Shown here one piece after another: positions 9,474-19,268 of a stretch of DNA of 64,000 nt. Under the pieces are notes generated by a model that made no database searches, was not told the origin of the DNA, and saw only the letters and a list, made by a program, of their open reading frames with translations. Numbering within the stretch: the stretch's first letter is position 1; every line of letters starts with the position of its first letter. Made by a program: the position numbers and the translations under genes. Origin of the DNA: Escherichia phage phi92; sequence record NC_023693.1; one strand, given 5' to 3'.

Positions 9474-9686
9474 ATGGGAATGTTGCTTCGTGTTTTTGTG
9501 TTTCTTATGTTCTGGATTATCGTTGGTAACGGTATTGTATTTTTGATTTTTCCTGAAGTAATGACAGGTAATGGAAATAAAGCAGTGCCTTACATTATGC
9601 TTATCGGTTACGGCATTGGTACACTTGGATTACTGTTTGCTGACTGGTTAGTCAATACTTTGTTCCTTAAGTACAGGAACAACTAA
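9474..9686 (+). CDS. small membrane protein
   Basis: 70 aa, AAGGAGGAAG SD, two hydrophobic segments. Confidence 0.5.
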   Translation: MGMLLRVFVFLMFWIIVGNGIVFLIFPEVMTGNGNKAVPYIMLIGYGIGTLGLLFADWLVNTLFLKYRNN

Positions 9687-9687
9687 T

Positions 9688-9960
9688 ATGTCGGAAAAAT
9701 TACCTAATGTTTTCTTTTGTTTTGTAGATTGTGTTACACAAGAAATTATAGTTGACGAAGAAGGTATGTTTACTTATTTTGCATCTGAAGAAGAGGCAAA
9801 ACTATCAGCTATGAAATGTATAAGCCAATTGTCAGTACCTGCTGTCAACAGGTTCGGTATTGCACAGGTGTATAAAACAGTAACAGAGTTTACACCAGAT
9901 CGAAAACTAACTTTTCTTAACGTTCACTTTGTTTGTAAGTTTAGTGAACTACGACATTAA
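9688..9960 (+). CDS. hypothetical protein
   Basis: 90 aa ORF. Confidence 0.5.
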   Translation: MSEKLPNVFFCFVDCVTQEIIVDEEGMFTYFASEEEAKLSAMKCISQLSVPAVNRFGIAQVYKTVTEFTPDRKLTFLNVHFVCKFSELRH

Positions 9961-9973
9961 ATCAGGAGTAAAA

Positions 9974-10573
9974 ATGAAAGAATATTGGAGTGGTGAGAAG
10001 GGCTTACTAAAGCCAGGAATGCTTTTACGAGTAAAGAACATGTTGATCACACAAGATTACATAATGCCTAATCCTGGAGCATTAGTAGAATTCCTTACTG
10101 CGCGAGATCAACCTGGGGTTGGTGAAATGTGGATTGTAACGTGGATATCTCTCGATGGTAAATTGCGCGTTGCTCCTATTGACCCAAAACACCTAGAATC
10201 TCCTTACGCCAGTATTGATCCTCGGATCATAGATTTGGCTAGAGTTTATAAAGCTCGGACTGGTGTAGAATTAAATGTGGAAATTTTAAATCAATGTATT
10301 GACTTCTTACCGGAAAAAGTGCATAATGCTCAACAAGAAGGTAACGGTTTAGAAGTTGTTCTTCTTAATGATGGGATGTTCTCTGGTTTGGCATCCGTAG
10401 ATTTTCCAATAACATTAAGATTGTTACCTGGAGAATATGTACTGGATGAAGATACTATTGCTATATCCTCTAAAATTTTAGAACTCATTCCAGGTGCAAG
10501 GTGTGTTGGTGATACATCTTCCTTGCTGTTTACTCTGAATGAAGAAGCCATTATAGTTAAAAAGGAGAAGTAA
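9974..10573 (+). CDS. hypothetical protein
   Basis: ATG 9974 with AGGAG SD; in frame with track ORF 9929-10573. Confidence 0.55.
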   Translation: MKEYWSGEKGLLKPGMLLRVKNMLITQDYIMPNPGALVEFLTARDQPGVGEMWIVTWISLDGKLRVAPIDPKHLESPYASIDPRIIDLARVYKARTGVELNVEILNQCIDFLPEKVHNAQQEGNGLEVVLLNDGMFSGLASVDFPITLRLLPGEYVLDEDTIAISSKILELIPGARCVGDTSSLLFTLNEEAIIVKKEK

Positions 10574-10728
10574 ATGATGACGTTTATTGTTGGTGTTGTT
10601 GTTGGTTATTTTGGTCACAAGTATCAGGATGTTATCATCGCTAAAGTTGACGAAGTAATCGAAAAATTTAAACACTAATTTTTAAAAGGCTGTACTGCTG
10701 TGCAGCCTATCTTTCAAAGGAGAGTAAA

Positions 10729-10902
10729 ATGTTCAAAGATACCCATTATAAATGTGTACATTGTGGTAAATCTTTTGGTGATCACAAAGCTAAAACATTC
10801 AATTGTCCACGAAAAGGGCGGGGTAGCTTTAAAGGTTTTAATCCATCCCACGTTTATTCTCCCAACTACGAGAAACCAGAAGAAGAAAAATTTGTAATCT
10901 GA
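10729..10902 (+). CDS. small zinc-ribbon-like protein (57 aa)
   Basis: AAGGAGAG SD then ATG; CxxC...C pattern (YKCVHCGK...FNCPRKG); preferred over SD-less track ORF 10700-10897. Confidence 0.4.
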   Translation: MFKDTHYKCVHCGKSFGDHKAKTFNCPRKGRGSFKGFNPSHVYSPNYEKPEEEKFVI

Positions 10903-10911
10903 GGAGGCAAT

Positions 10912-11199
10912 ATGGAACTAGTGCAAGAAGTTTATGAAAAACTGAAAGAAGAGAATCTTGATTGGCCTGAACATGCTCTTATTGTCGTCAAAGATACTAA
11001 TGGTGAAATAAAATTCTCAAGTGTAAGTGAAGATGATGTTGTTTTAAGTCCTACAGGATATTATATGAGAGGTGTTACGTGTCTATTCAACACCAAAGTG
11101 TATCCTGAAGTTAAACTTAGTTACGGTGAACCTGATCATCCAGAAATCGTTACACGTAATGAATATGAAAATTATTATTTTGCTCGTGAAAGCAAATAA
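10912..11199 (+). CDS. hypothetical protein
   Basis: 95 aa, GAGGAGG SD. Confidence 0.55.
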   Translation: MELVQEVYEKLKEENLDWPEHALIVVKDTNGEIKFSSVSEDDVVLSPTGYYMRGVTCLFNTKVYPEVKLSYGEPDHPEIVTRNEYENYYFARESK

Positions 11200-11207
11200 G
11201 GAAAACT

Positions 11208-11531
11208 ATGCAAAAAATAAACACTGGTTCTCGTCCTAAACAGAAGCAAACAAAAGCAAGGGTATCTTATATTGATAACTCTTGTTATAATTTCAAAAAT
11301 GTTAAAGAAGTCATCATTGATGAAAAAGAAGGTTTGATTCACATTTCATCTGAACGTTTGAAAGGTAGTGTTACTCTTCGTGAGAATGTATCTATACCTA
11401 TGAAAGTTGTGGCTACACTCTGTGTTGATAAACCAGATGTTGCTAACTATTATGTGTTCCGTGATAATCGTATTTCATTACATAATAAGATTTTTAAATC
11501 TTCACACGTTAAAACAAAACACCTTGTATAA
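11208..11531 (+). CDS. hypothetical protein
   Basis: 107 aa, AAGGAAA SD. Confidence 0.55.
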   Translation: MQKINTGSRPKQKQTKARVSYIDNSCYNFKNVKEVIIDEKEGLIHISSERLKGSVTLRENVSIPMKVVATLCVDKPDVANYYVFRDNRISLHNKIFKSSHVKTKHLV

Positions 11532-11536
11532 CACAT

Positions 11537-11560
11537 AAACCCGCTTCGGCGGGTTTTCTT
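11537..11560 (+). terminator. rho-independent terminator
   Basis: AAACCCGC-TTCG-GCGGGTTT hairpin followed by TTCTT. Confidence 0.5.
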
Positions 11561-11618
11561 GTATGTGTGTTCTTTATTTGTTATAAGTATTTTCTTAGCA
11601 TAAACAATAGGAGGTATT

Positions 11619-11840
11619 ATGTCTGTAGTTGTAGAAGGTAGTATTGGTTTCTTAGTAGATAACCCTCACCCTTTCGTGGTTAAGGTTCATATTCAAGAAA
11701 AGGTAAGCAACAATACGTGGTTGTGTTTGTTAGATAGTAAGATACACTCTTATACAGAGGTTTATCTTCACACTTGGCAAATTGGTACGATAACAGCAGA
11801 GGATGAATTGATAATTGAACTATATGAACGAGATCTATAG
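11619..11840 (+). CDS. hypothetical protein
   Basis: 73 aa, AGGAGG SD. Confidence 0.5.
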   Translation: MSVVVEGSIGFLVDNPHPFVVKVHIQEKVSNNTWLCLLDSKIHSYTEVYLHTWQIGTITAEDELIIELYERDL

Positions 11841-11914
11841 ATGACTTTACTAGAGAGTATCGTAGTGTTAATCATCTTTATCATTGTTGTCATAGGATAT
11901 TTTACAGAAGACTA

Positions 11915-11953
11915 AAATAAAGCCCCTAGAATCGCTTCTAGGGGCTTTTGTTT
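11915..11953. terminator. bidirectional rho-independent terminator at the plus/minus convergence point
   Basis: perfect 10 bp stem GCCCCTAGAA-tcgc-TTCTAGGGGC flanked by A-run upstream and TTTTGTTTG downstream. Confidence 0.6.
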
Positions 11954-12015
11954 GCATTAGATAGGGAAACGTATTACTAAAATAAAAAGTGCGTTAGAAT
12001 GCGTTACAGGAGGTT

Positions 12016-12273
12016 TTAGGAATGCATAAAATCTTCTTCAGGGCAGGTTGAGAGATAAGAGATGCACGTTGGGACAACAACAACATTATCTTTAAGGTTT
12101 GCAACCAAGCCTTTTGTAATTCCAGCCACTGCTCCGTTAATATCTGCTTGACGGATACCAAAACCTTGTTGTGCGGATAGATAACAAAATCCCTCACCTT
12201 TCTGTTGATTATTATTGAAGTAATAAACGTAGTGCATCATAAAATGGTCTTTAACGATTTGTTCTGTGGTCAT
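12016..12273 (-). CDS. hypothetical protein
   Basis: 85 aa, AGGAGA SD. Confidence 0.5.
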   Translation of the reverse strand: MTTEQIVKDHFMMHYVYYFNNNQQKGEGFCYLSAQQGFGIRQADINGAVAGITKGLVANLKDNVVVVPTCISYLSTCPEEDFMHS

Positions 12274-12285
12274 AATATTCTCCTA

Positions 12286-12310
12286 TAAGAAAAGGGGCTT
12301 TCGCCCCCTT
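12286..12310 (-). terminator. rho-independent terminator downstream of Sir2-like gene
   Basis: AAGGGGGCGAAAGCCCCTT hairpin then TTTTCTT on minus strand. Confidence 0.45.
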
Positions 12311-12317
12311 GGTTAAG

Positions 12318-13130
12318 TTATTTAGTCAAATGATCTTCTATCATTTTTATGAAAGCAGGATTGCTAAAAGCATCTGCGGCCTTTTCTCGATAAACAAAGA
12401 CTCCTCTATCTTCGTAAAGAAGAGTTTCTTCGTAATTAATTCCTGGGTTAACAACAATCATTTTTGTACCCATATTAAGTGCAGGGAATAATTCCCAATT
12501 AAAATTGATAACTTGGTTTGAACATCCTACTACAACAACCAAATCTTGCATGGTCAAAGTATCAAACAAGTGAGCCATATCTGCATACAAAGGTGCAGCC
12601 TCACCAAAAAATACAACATTAGGCTTCACCCAGTTGTAATCATCTATGTTTATACTGTTGTAACCAATATCTACCAGTGTTTTGTAATCCCCAGGATGCA
12701 TACGGTAAACTACTTCAGGAAGATATCCGTGCACGTGGATAACAGAATCCCTGTCTACACCTGCTCGCTCTAGTAGATCATCAACGTTTGTTGTCAAGTT
12801 TACTACTTGGTTAGGATATTCCTTAAACCACTTTGCTATTTGAATATGTGCAGCATTAGGTTGTACATCTTTAAGCTCAACACGTCTTTTGTTATAAAAT
12901 TCGTGTGTTTTGGCATACAAATCCATACCGTTTTCATCTACACCACCAACCACTGGAAGATCTGGTGATGTTCTCACACGATAACCTGCTTGGAAAGCTC
13001 CAATATCGCAGATCTCTTCTAAATCCCATTCTTCCCATAGGGCACGACCACTATCTGTGTCTGTTCGGAATGTTCGAATCCCACTATCTGCACTTAAACC
13101 AGCTCCACTAACAAAAATTACTCTTCGCAT
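12318..13130 (-). CDS. Sir2-family (sirtuin-like) NAD-dependent protein
   Basis: GAGLSADSGIRTFR NAD-binding motif, NAAH...TTNVDDL...HVHG catalytic-His block, VVFFGE, VVVGCS, VVNPG; no CxxC zinc ribbon seen; GAGGA SD. Confidence 0.75.
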   Translation of the reverse strand: MRRVIFVSGAGLSADSGIRTFRTDTDSGRALWEEWDLEEICDIGAFQAGYRVRTSPDLPVVGGVDENGMDLYAKTHEFYNKRRVELKDVQPNAAHIQIAKWFKEYPNQVVNLTTNVDDLLERAGVDRDSVIHVHGYLPEVVYRMHPGDYKTLVDIGYNSINIDDYNWVKPNVVFFGEAAPLYADMAHLFDTLTMQDLVVVVGCSNQVINFNWELFPALNMGTKMIVVNPGINYEETLLYEDRGVFVYREKAADAFSNPAFIKMIEDHLTK

Positions 13131-13687
13131 TCAATATCCTCTTCGTAATCATCATCCCAAGAAGATGCGTCGTAACGCTCTTCCTCTTCGAAATCCCAGT
13201 TAATTTCTACCCCAAAATCTAAAAACAATTTAACAATGTTTTCTGTAGAGTAGTATTTATCATAAGCATTAGCTAGTTCCCAATACTTATCACTCAATTT
13301 TTTATAAGTAGGATCATTATAGTCATAATCTACTTTATAACCATAGTCATACATCTCTTGTTCAGCTTTAAGCATAGCTTCTGGTGTAAGAAGATTAGGG
13401 AACGGACGATTTCTTTCTTTTAACTTAGAAGCGATCCAGTTTGCAACATTCGCCACTTCACCATCTCGATTATCACCTAAACAACTTGCATAATCTCCAT
13501 CTTCGTAAGTGCCTAAATCCCCACTTACTTCATGTACAATAGATGAATACGATCCACACGTTTCACAATCTGAAAAAGTGTCTACTGTTGTAATATCAAT
13601 AGATAAAACTGGTAAAGCCATAGCTTCTTTCACACAAGCCTCCTCATATAATAACATGTCATCAAAACCCATATATCCTCCAGACAA
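13118..13687 (-). CDS. hypothetical acidic protein
   Basis: 189 aa, very acidic C-terminus. Confidence 0.55.
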   Translation of the reverse strand: MSGGYMGFDDMLLYEEACVKEAMALPVLSIDITTVDTFSDCETCGSYSSIVHEVSGDLGTYEDGDYASCLGDNRDGEVANVANWIASKLKERNRPFPNLLTPEAMLKAEQEMYDYGYKVDYDYNDPTYKKLSDKYWELANAYDKYYSTENIVKLFLDFGVEINWDFEEEERYDASSWDDDYEEDIECEE

Positions 13688-13712
13688 ATAAAGCCCCTGC
13701 TTGGGGGCTTTG
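13686..13712 (-). terminator. rho-independent terminator
   Basis: AGCCCCCAAGCAGGGGCT hairpin then TTATTTG on minus strand. Confidence 0.4.
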
Positions 13713-13727
13713 GTTAAGTTTTACGGA

Positions 13728-14339
13728 TTATACCAGACTTTTAAGGTACTTGTCAAGGGCTTCTTGATCACCTTGACAAACATAGCAACGGAAGTCTTGA
13801 GCAGAAGGTTCTTTGTCCTCGTCCCAATCCCAATAGACAGTACCTTTATAGCGTGAGCCTGGGAACTCGAAGTATGCCACATGAGTAATATGGTGTGGGC
13901 CACCCCAAAACTCTGTAAAAGTAAATTGAGGATACGCTGCTTTAACTGTATTTTCAAACCAAGTTTTACGATCTAATGCTTCGTTTATAAAATAAGCATG
14001 GCGTTCCATTTCATCCCAATCTTTCCAAACGCATTTTTCATCCAGAGAGAAAACAAAATTTTCACTGTTAAACTCGTCTGTATCTGATTCCAAAATATCA
14101 TAGTCATGTGCACTAGGTATCCACCATCCAGCTTCTAATAGTGCTTTTGCAGGTACAAAACCTTTTTCAGCGTATTGGTCAAATTCTTTTACTCTACGTA
14201 CAGTGCAGTATTCATCTTCACCACCAATGTCCAATAGACAAGCGCCTCTGCGTCTTGCTGCAAGACCATGTGTATCAAAAACTACAACGCTACCTTCACC
14301 ATCTTCACGATCTACTTGATATGCAACTTTTTGAGTCAT
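13728..14339 (-). CDS. hypothetical protein
   Basis: 203 aa ORF. Confidence 0.55.
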   Translation of the reverse strand: MTQKVAYQVDREDGEGSVVVFDTHGLAARRRGACLLDIGGEDEYCTVRRVKEFDQYAEKGFVPAKALLEAGWWIPSAHDYDILESDTDEFNSENFVFSLDEKCVWKDWDEMERHAYFINEALDRKTWFENTVKAAYPQFTFTEFWGGPHHITHVAYFEFPGSRYKGTVYWDWDEDKEPSAQDFRCYVCQGDQEALDKYLKSLV

Positions 14340-14462
14340 ATTACCCCCAATGTATATGGGAAATTACCCAAAAGATAAATTCCCAAAAACACCAACCAAG
14401 AAAAGTTAATGGAATTATAAAAGCTATCAGAACAGTTTTCCAGCCTTTCCACAATGTTTCCA

Positions 14463-15452
14463 TTATTCCCCCATAGATTTAAGAATATGTGCAATGACAG
14501 GTATAGTCCAACCGTTGCCTAACATCTTATATGCTTGTGTGTTACTACTCACTTTAAAGTAATCGTCTGGAACACCTTGTAAGCGGCAACACTCTTTAAC
14601 CGTTAACTTTCTATAATGTACGCCTTCACTCAATTTTTCAAAAGCATCTAGATATCTTCCAGGTGGAATGTAGGCTAATAGTACGTCTTTAGGCACAGTC
14701 GTGAGGCAACGAGTTTTTTCACTGTTCTGAACTTCCAAACAATGTACCAAACGATCAGTTTTAGATGTACTACGTTTGCCATTTTCATTAATTCTACGCC
14801 CATATATTGCTGCTGGATAAAAAACCAGTTGTCTGCGACTCTTTTCAAAATACTGTTCTATATTACCACCTTTGGCATAATTTGCATCTATGCAATAAGC
14901 CTTATCTCTGTCTACAATACTATCATCTTCAATGATATCTTGCAACACTTCATTGGTAATATCCCAGGGTTTTATTTCCCAGTTGCACCAGTATAAACGT
15001 TGTCTATTCTGTGCCGTGAAATCTGCGGAGTTAATGAATACGGGATCAACACCTAAGTAACTTGTGATCACGTTTTCCCACTCCACTTTCATCTTAACGT
15101 TTTCAAGCATGAACTTAACATTAGGGTTAAACTTTTTAATATGTTCAAGAATCTCAACATATTCGAAGAATAGCTTAGATCGCGGATCTTGAAAGTTCAA
15201 ACCTTTACCAGAAGAAGAGAAGCCTTGACACGGACTACCACCTAACAAAAGATCAATTTCTCCCCACGGAATATCCCATTCTCTCCATTTTGTAACATCA
15301 CCTAACTGAATAATATCTGGAAAATTTGCTTGGCTTTCAGCTATGGCGAATTTGTCTAATTCTGAAGCATAATATGTATCTACTTCAATACCTGCACTTT
15401 TTAGCGCAAGCATTCCTCCTGACATACCATCAAAAAGACTTAAAACTTTCAT
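14463..15452 (-). CDS. DNA (cytosine-5)-methyltransferase
   Basis: motif I LSLFDGMSGG, motif IV GSPCQGFS, motif VI ENV, motif VIII QNRQR. Confidence 0.85.
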   Translation of the reverse strand: MKVLSLFDGMSGGMLALKSAGIEVDTYYASELDKFAIAESQANFPDIIQLGDVTKWREWDIPWGEIDLLLGGSPCQGFSSSGKGLNFQDPRSKLFFEYVEILEHIKKFNPNVKFMLENVKMKVEWENVITSYLGVDPVFINSADFTAQNRQRLYWCNWEIKPWDITNEVLQDIIEDDSIVDRDKAYCIDANYAKGGNIEQYFEKSRRQLVFYPAAIYGRRINENGKRSTSKTDRLVHCLEVQNSEKTRCLTTVPKDVLLAYIPPGRYLDAFEKLSEGVHYRKLTVKECCRLQGVPDDYFKVSSNTQAYKMLGNGWTIPVIAHILKSMGE

Positions 15453-15865
15453 TATTGCTTCTTCTCCTTAACACTAGCTGGTAATTCTGCCTTGAGGCAG
15501 AAGTTTAAACGGTAAGCCTCATTTTCATTTAAAAGTACAGATTCACACGATAACCAGAACAAGAGATCCTCAATACCAGGGCTGTTAAGCCAACAGTGCA
15601 GAAGAGAATGTTGTTCTATATCAATGTAATTTAGTAACAAGGCTTGTAAGGCGTAACTAGTTCCTGTCGTTTTTGCTTTTTCAAGGATGATATTGTGTTT
15701 ACTAACAACTTTCTTCCTAAGACCAAACCATTTATTAACAACAACAGTCTCCTCTTGTAGTTGTTTTCTTATTTTCTCACATTCTTTAACTACAATCTGC
15801 ATCTTATCCACTGCCGATTGAAGTTGTTCTTTTGTTGGGTTTACAAAATAATCACTATAATACAT
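15452..15865 (-). CDS. hypothetical protein
   Basis: 137 aa, start overlaps methyltransferase stop. Confidence 0.5.
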   Translation of the reverse strand: MYYSDYFVNPTKEQLQSAVDKMQIVVKECEKIRKQLQEETVVVNKWFGLRKKVVSKHNIILEKAKTTGTSYALQALLLNYIDIEQHSLLHCWLNSPGIEDLLFWLSCESVLLNENEAYRLNFCLKAELPASVKEKKQ

Positions 15866-15920
15866 GCTAATCTCCTCTTCTGTTTTTCTGTAGTTTATTC
15901 GAAAAAACTGGTGTTGTCAA

Positions 15921-15944
15921 CAAAAAACCCGCCGAAGCGGGTTT
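15921..15944 (-). terminator. rho-independent terminator
   Basis: ACCCGC-CGAA-GCGGGT hairpin then TTTTTTG on minus strand. Confidence 0.5.
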
Positions 15945-15947
15945 ATA

Positions 15948-16205
15948 TTATTCTACAGGAACTTCTTCACCAAGAGAGACTTCTAAACGGAATGCTTTAC
16001 TTTCAATACACTCACTACCTTTTAGAAAATCAAATTGCACTATAGACTGACTTAATAGAATAGATAGAATCACATCGCAATCTTCACTAGGGGCTAGATG
16101 TTTGTATTCTTCCTTCAAAGTAACATCATAAAAACATAAATCCCCTACTCCTAGTTCATCCCATCCTTCCCACGCATCTACAAAGTTAAACTCTAAACCT
16201 TTCAT
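15948..16205 (-). CDS. hypothetical acidic protein
   Basis: 85 aa. Confidence 0.5.
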   Translation of the reverse strand: MKGLEFNFVDAWEGWDELGVGDLCFYDVTLKEEYKHLAPSEDCDVILSILLSQSIVQFDFLKGSECIESKAFRLEVSLGEEVPVE

Positions 16206-16726
16206 ACAACCTCCTCGTAGTTGTTATTGTGTTTTACTGTCTCAACATACAATAAAGATTCCATCTGTAATACATTACCAGAAACAATAAACCCATAAGC
16301 CATTTCAGATGTGTCTATATCATATGCCCCGTCTTCCGGTTTAGCAAAGTGTAAAACTATTTCATCTGGGTTTTCTTCATCCCATAGTTTAGAAATTTTC
16401 CGAACCAGAATGTTAGCTAAAATAGTTGACATTCGGGATAAAGCTGTATCCTCATATCTTTTAAAACCTAGCCAATAGAGGTTAAGAATTTCTACTTCTT
16501 CTTGTGTTAAGTTTTTGTCTAAAGTAATCAGATCTGTAGAGCACGGCGTTTTTGTTGAACCTACTGTTACAAAACCTGGAGTATTATGAAAAACAATCTT
16601 AACTTTATCACGTATAAAGTTTAAACCTTGTGCCTCAACTATATATTGTATTGTAGGTACAATATCGTTTGTTACATCAATAAAACTATCTTTAATGACG
16701 CTTATATTATTTCTGGACAAGACCAT
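16202..16726 (-). CDS. hypothetical protein
   Basis: 174 aa. Confidence 0.55.
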   Translation of the reverse strand: MVLSRNNISVIKDSFIDVTNDIVPTIQYIVEAQGLNFIRDKVKIVFHNTPGFVTVGSTKTPCSTDLITLDKNLTQEEVEILNLYWLGFKRYEDTALSRMSTILANILVRKISKLWDEENPDEIVLHFAKPEDGAYDIDTSEMAYGFIVSGNVLQMESLLYVETVKHNNNYEEVV

Positions 16727-17285
16727 TCTCCTCTAAAATAGGCTTAATAAATTCGAAAATTTGTTTTTTACTTTTACCTCGAATATTAAAACAAGGAACA
16801 TTAAACTTTTTAGCCAACATCCAAGCTGTTCTTGTACCACCTAAAGGATCTCCATTTTTATCTGTATTTGCACAAGCTAAAAGAAAACAAGATGGTTTTG
16901 GATTCTCAAGATCTCTTCCAAGAACTTGGTGGATATTTCTTTGATGTAATTTTTTAGCACCTTGAGATAATCTGTCCCAAGCTGGATGCAATTCTTTTGC
17001 ATATTGCAAGGTTAGAGCATAGTTTACACTATCTGGTCTGTCAAGAACAATAACCTCTCCCTCTATTTCATTACCTTTAAACGAGAGCCAAGGGATGTAT
17101 ATTTCTTTCTTTGTATTGTTCCCACTATCATATACACCGCATTCAAATGCGGAATCTGCACCTTCTGCTTTACCAGATCGCAAAATGAACCATGTAGATA
17201 GCCATTTTGCAACAGATACCATAGTATCCCATTCTTCGTCTGTAATATCTCTGCTACCAACACCTGTGTAGAATAAATCGCTCAT
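16707..17285 (-). CDS. DprA/Smf-like (SLOG-type Rossmann) nucleotide-binding protein
   Basis: start set at internal ATG 17285 (AAGGAG SD); GVGSRDIT...SGKAEGADSAFECGV resembles DprA/SLOG glycine-rich signature. Confidence 0.4.
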   Translation of the reverse strand: MSDLFYTGVGSRDITDEEWDTMVSVAKWLSTWFILRSGKAEGADSAFECGVYDSGNNTKKEIYIPWLSFKGNEIEGEVIVLDRPDSVNYALTLQYAKELHPAWDRLSQGAKKLHQRNIHQVLGRDLENPKPSCFLLACANTDKNGDPLGGTRTAWMLAKKFNVPCFNIRGKSKKQIFEFIKPILEENGLVQK

Positions 17286-17295
17286 GGTTTTCTCC

Positions 17296-17616
17296 TTAAC
17301 AAGTAATATTGGGAGTAACAATTGGATTAACAATTGGAGTGATAGGGTACGTAAACCAAGGGCTTCCAATTTCCCAAGGACTATAAGGTCTACGAGGATC
17401 AAATGGAGGAGTTACTTCAGGCTTTTTCCAAATCTCCGCTAGTTGTTTCTTCCATTTATCCCTTGCTGTCTCATTATCTTCATCCAACTGTTCATCATTA
17501 TCTTTTATTTCTGGTTTTGGAAATAAAAGCTCTTTGACTAACTCAACATCTTCCGTCTCAATAGTAGTTTCTTTCGTAAGTTCTCCTACTGTTTCTTTAA
17601 TTGTGATTTTATACAT
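17296..17616 (-). CDS. hypothetical protein
   Basis: 106 aa. Confidence 0.5.
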   Translation of the reverse strand: MYKITIKETVGELTKETTIETEDVELVKELLFPKPEIKDNDEQLDEDNETARDKWKKQLAEIWKKPEVTPPFDPRRPYSPWEIGSPWFTYPITPIVNPIVTPNITC

Positions 17617-18362
17617 TAATCCTCCTCTAAAGTAGAATAAAATTGTAACGTATTTGAATCATCAAAATATGCAAAGGTTAAATTACCATTGAAGCAAGAT
17701 CCTGTGTCCATATATACCCTATTACTGCTAATCACAGGTTTAGGAACATAAGAATGCCCGTGAAATACATAATCTACTCCTGAAACCCTAGGAAGAAGAA
17801 TCCCTTCAAGTGCGCAATCTATCATATCACGATCCCACATTAAAGATTCTGTGAATCGAGATACTTGCTCTTTATTCATATTCAAACAAAATGGCAAAAC
17901 TTCTGTCACTGGTAAATGTTCCAAAACTGAAGGATACCCACCGTGAATAAAGCCTAGTTTCATATCACGATAATTGACAACAAGTACAACAGGTAAATCT
18001 TCTAGCATCAAAGCAAGAGCAGTTGCACCCTCTTCTCCACACTCGTCTAGAACTGTATGGCCTCCGTTCTGAAACCAACATTCGTAATATCGTCTATCAC
18101 CTTCTAGCAACCCTTTAATCATCATATCTTCATGATTTCCACGAATACCATAACGATTTAGCTTTCTGGTGAATTCAACAACACAACGAAAATTCTGCTT
18201 GCCGCGATCTGTAAGATCTCCTAAAGATACAACAACATCTTGATCTCGGATACCTAAAGTATTAACACCTTTCTGGTACAAATCAAAGCAACCATGTAAA
18301 TCACCAATAATAAACAGGTCTTGATCATCTTTTACACTAATTTCTTGATATACTAGCATCAA
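17616..18362 (-). CDS. Ser/Thr protein phosphatase (calcineurin-like metallophosphoesterase)
   Basis: GDLHG, GDLTDRG, GNHE metallophosphatase motifs. Confidence 0.75.
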   Translation of the reverse strand: MMLVYQEISVKDDQDLFIIGDLHGCFDLYQKGVNTLGIRDQDVVVSLGDLTDRGKQNFRCVVEFTRKLNRYGIRGNHEDMMIKGLLEGDRRYYECWFQNGGHTVLDECGEEGATALALMLEDLPVVLVVNYRDMKLGFIHGGYPSVLEHLPVTEVLPFCLNMNKEQVSRFTESLMWDRDMIDCALEGILLPRVSGVDYVFHGHSYVPKPVISSNRVYMDTGSCFNGNLTFAYFDDSNTLQFYSTLEED

Positions 18363-18685
18363 CTCTCCTCAAAATCCATAAGTATAAAGATATTAACTTT
18401 ACCTTCTATATTATGTTCTACAACAAGATCTGCAAATTCTTTGTAGGCTTTTTCTTCTATTTGTTCAATGTGAGACGCTACATCTTTGTATATAGCGTCA
18501 CCATCTACTTTAACAAGGAGGAATAGAGATCTTACTTCAATCTCTTTATTTTTACGGGGTAGAAAATCGACGGCTTCTTGTATACGCCAGCCGAGATACC
18601 CTGGAGTCCTTTGAATATCCTCCAAATGACTTTCTAAGATTTCCCTTCCTTTGTCTATTAAAGCCTGTTCTGTCGTTATTTTCAT
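18359..18685 (-). CDS. hypothetical protein
   Basis: 108 aa. Confidence 0.5.
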   Translation of the reverse strand: MKITTEQALIDKGREILESHLEDIQRTPGYLGWRIQEAVDFLPRKNKEIEVRSLFLLVKVDGDAIYKDVASHIEQIEEKAYKEFADLVVEHNIEGKVNIFILMDFEES

Positions 18686-18695
18686 CCCCTTCTCC

Positions 18696-19268
18696 TTAAT
18701 GTGTTAATGAAACTGCGTAACTAAACACAGGTTCAGATATTACATCGGCTACAGTAATAAAAACGTCTTCGTCTTGAGTTGTTTCTACACGACATACAGT
18801 TACACCATTCACCACGAATTCAACGCAATGTGGAATATCTTCACAAACGAAGGTAGTGTAAGTAACACCCAAAGCATCATACAAAGATTTAACAGTGTTT
18901 GCAAGTGCCGCAGTTTCTTCTTTTTCTGAGACAATGAATGCTGTAACAACAAGATTGTTTGCATAGTTTAGACTGTCCTCTATAGCCAATGATTTACAAG
19001 GTAGTAATGCAAAATATTTACCTGGTTTAATCAGACCTGCTTCCCATTGATTCAAAATTGCTTGGGATGGTTTAGTAATATAAAACAGATTTTCACTTGG
19101 GTTATCAATATTACTTCTGGCGATACAACGTGAAGGATTATTAATATCAAACACATGATCAAAATCTACACAAACTGGTAAACTGAAAGGTGTGAATTTT
19201 TTACCTAATAATCCTACTGCTGACAATATGTTTGCTGTGCTTATCTTCCCGTTAAAAGCTAAACGCAT
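18696..19268 (-). CDS. hypothetical protein
   Basis: 190 aa. Confidence 0.55.
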   Translation of the reverse strand: MRLAFNGKISTANILSAVGLLGKKFTPFSLPVCVDFDHVFDINNPSRCIARSNIDNPSENLFYITKPSQAILNQWEAGLIKPGKYFALLPCKSLAIEDSLNYANNLVVTAFIVSEKEETAALANTVKSLYDALGVTYTTFVCEDIPHCVEFVVNGVTVCRVETTQDEDVFITVADVISEPVFSYAVSLTH

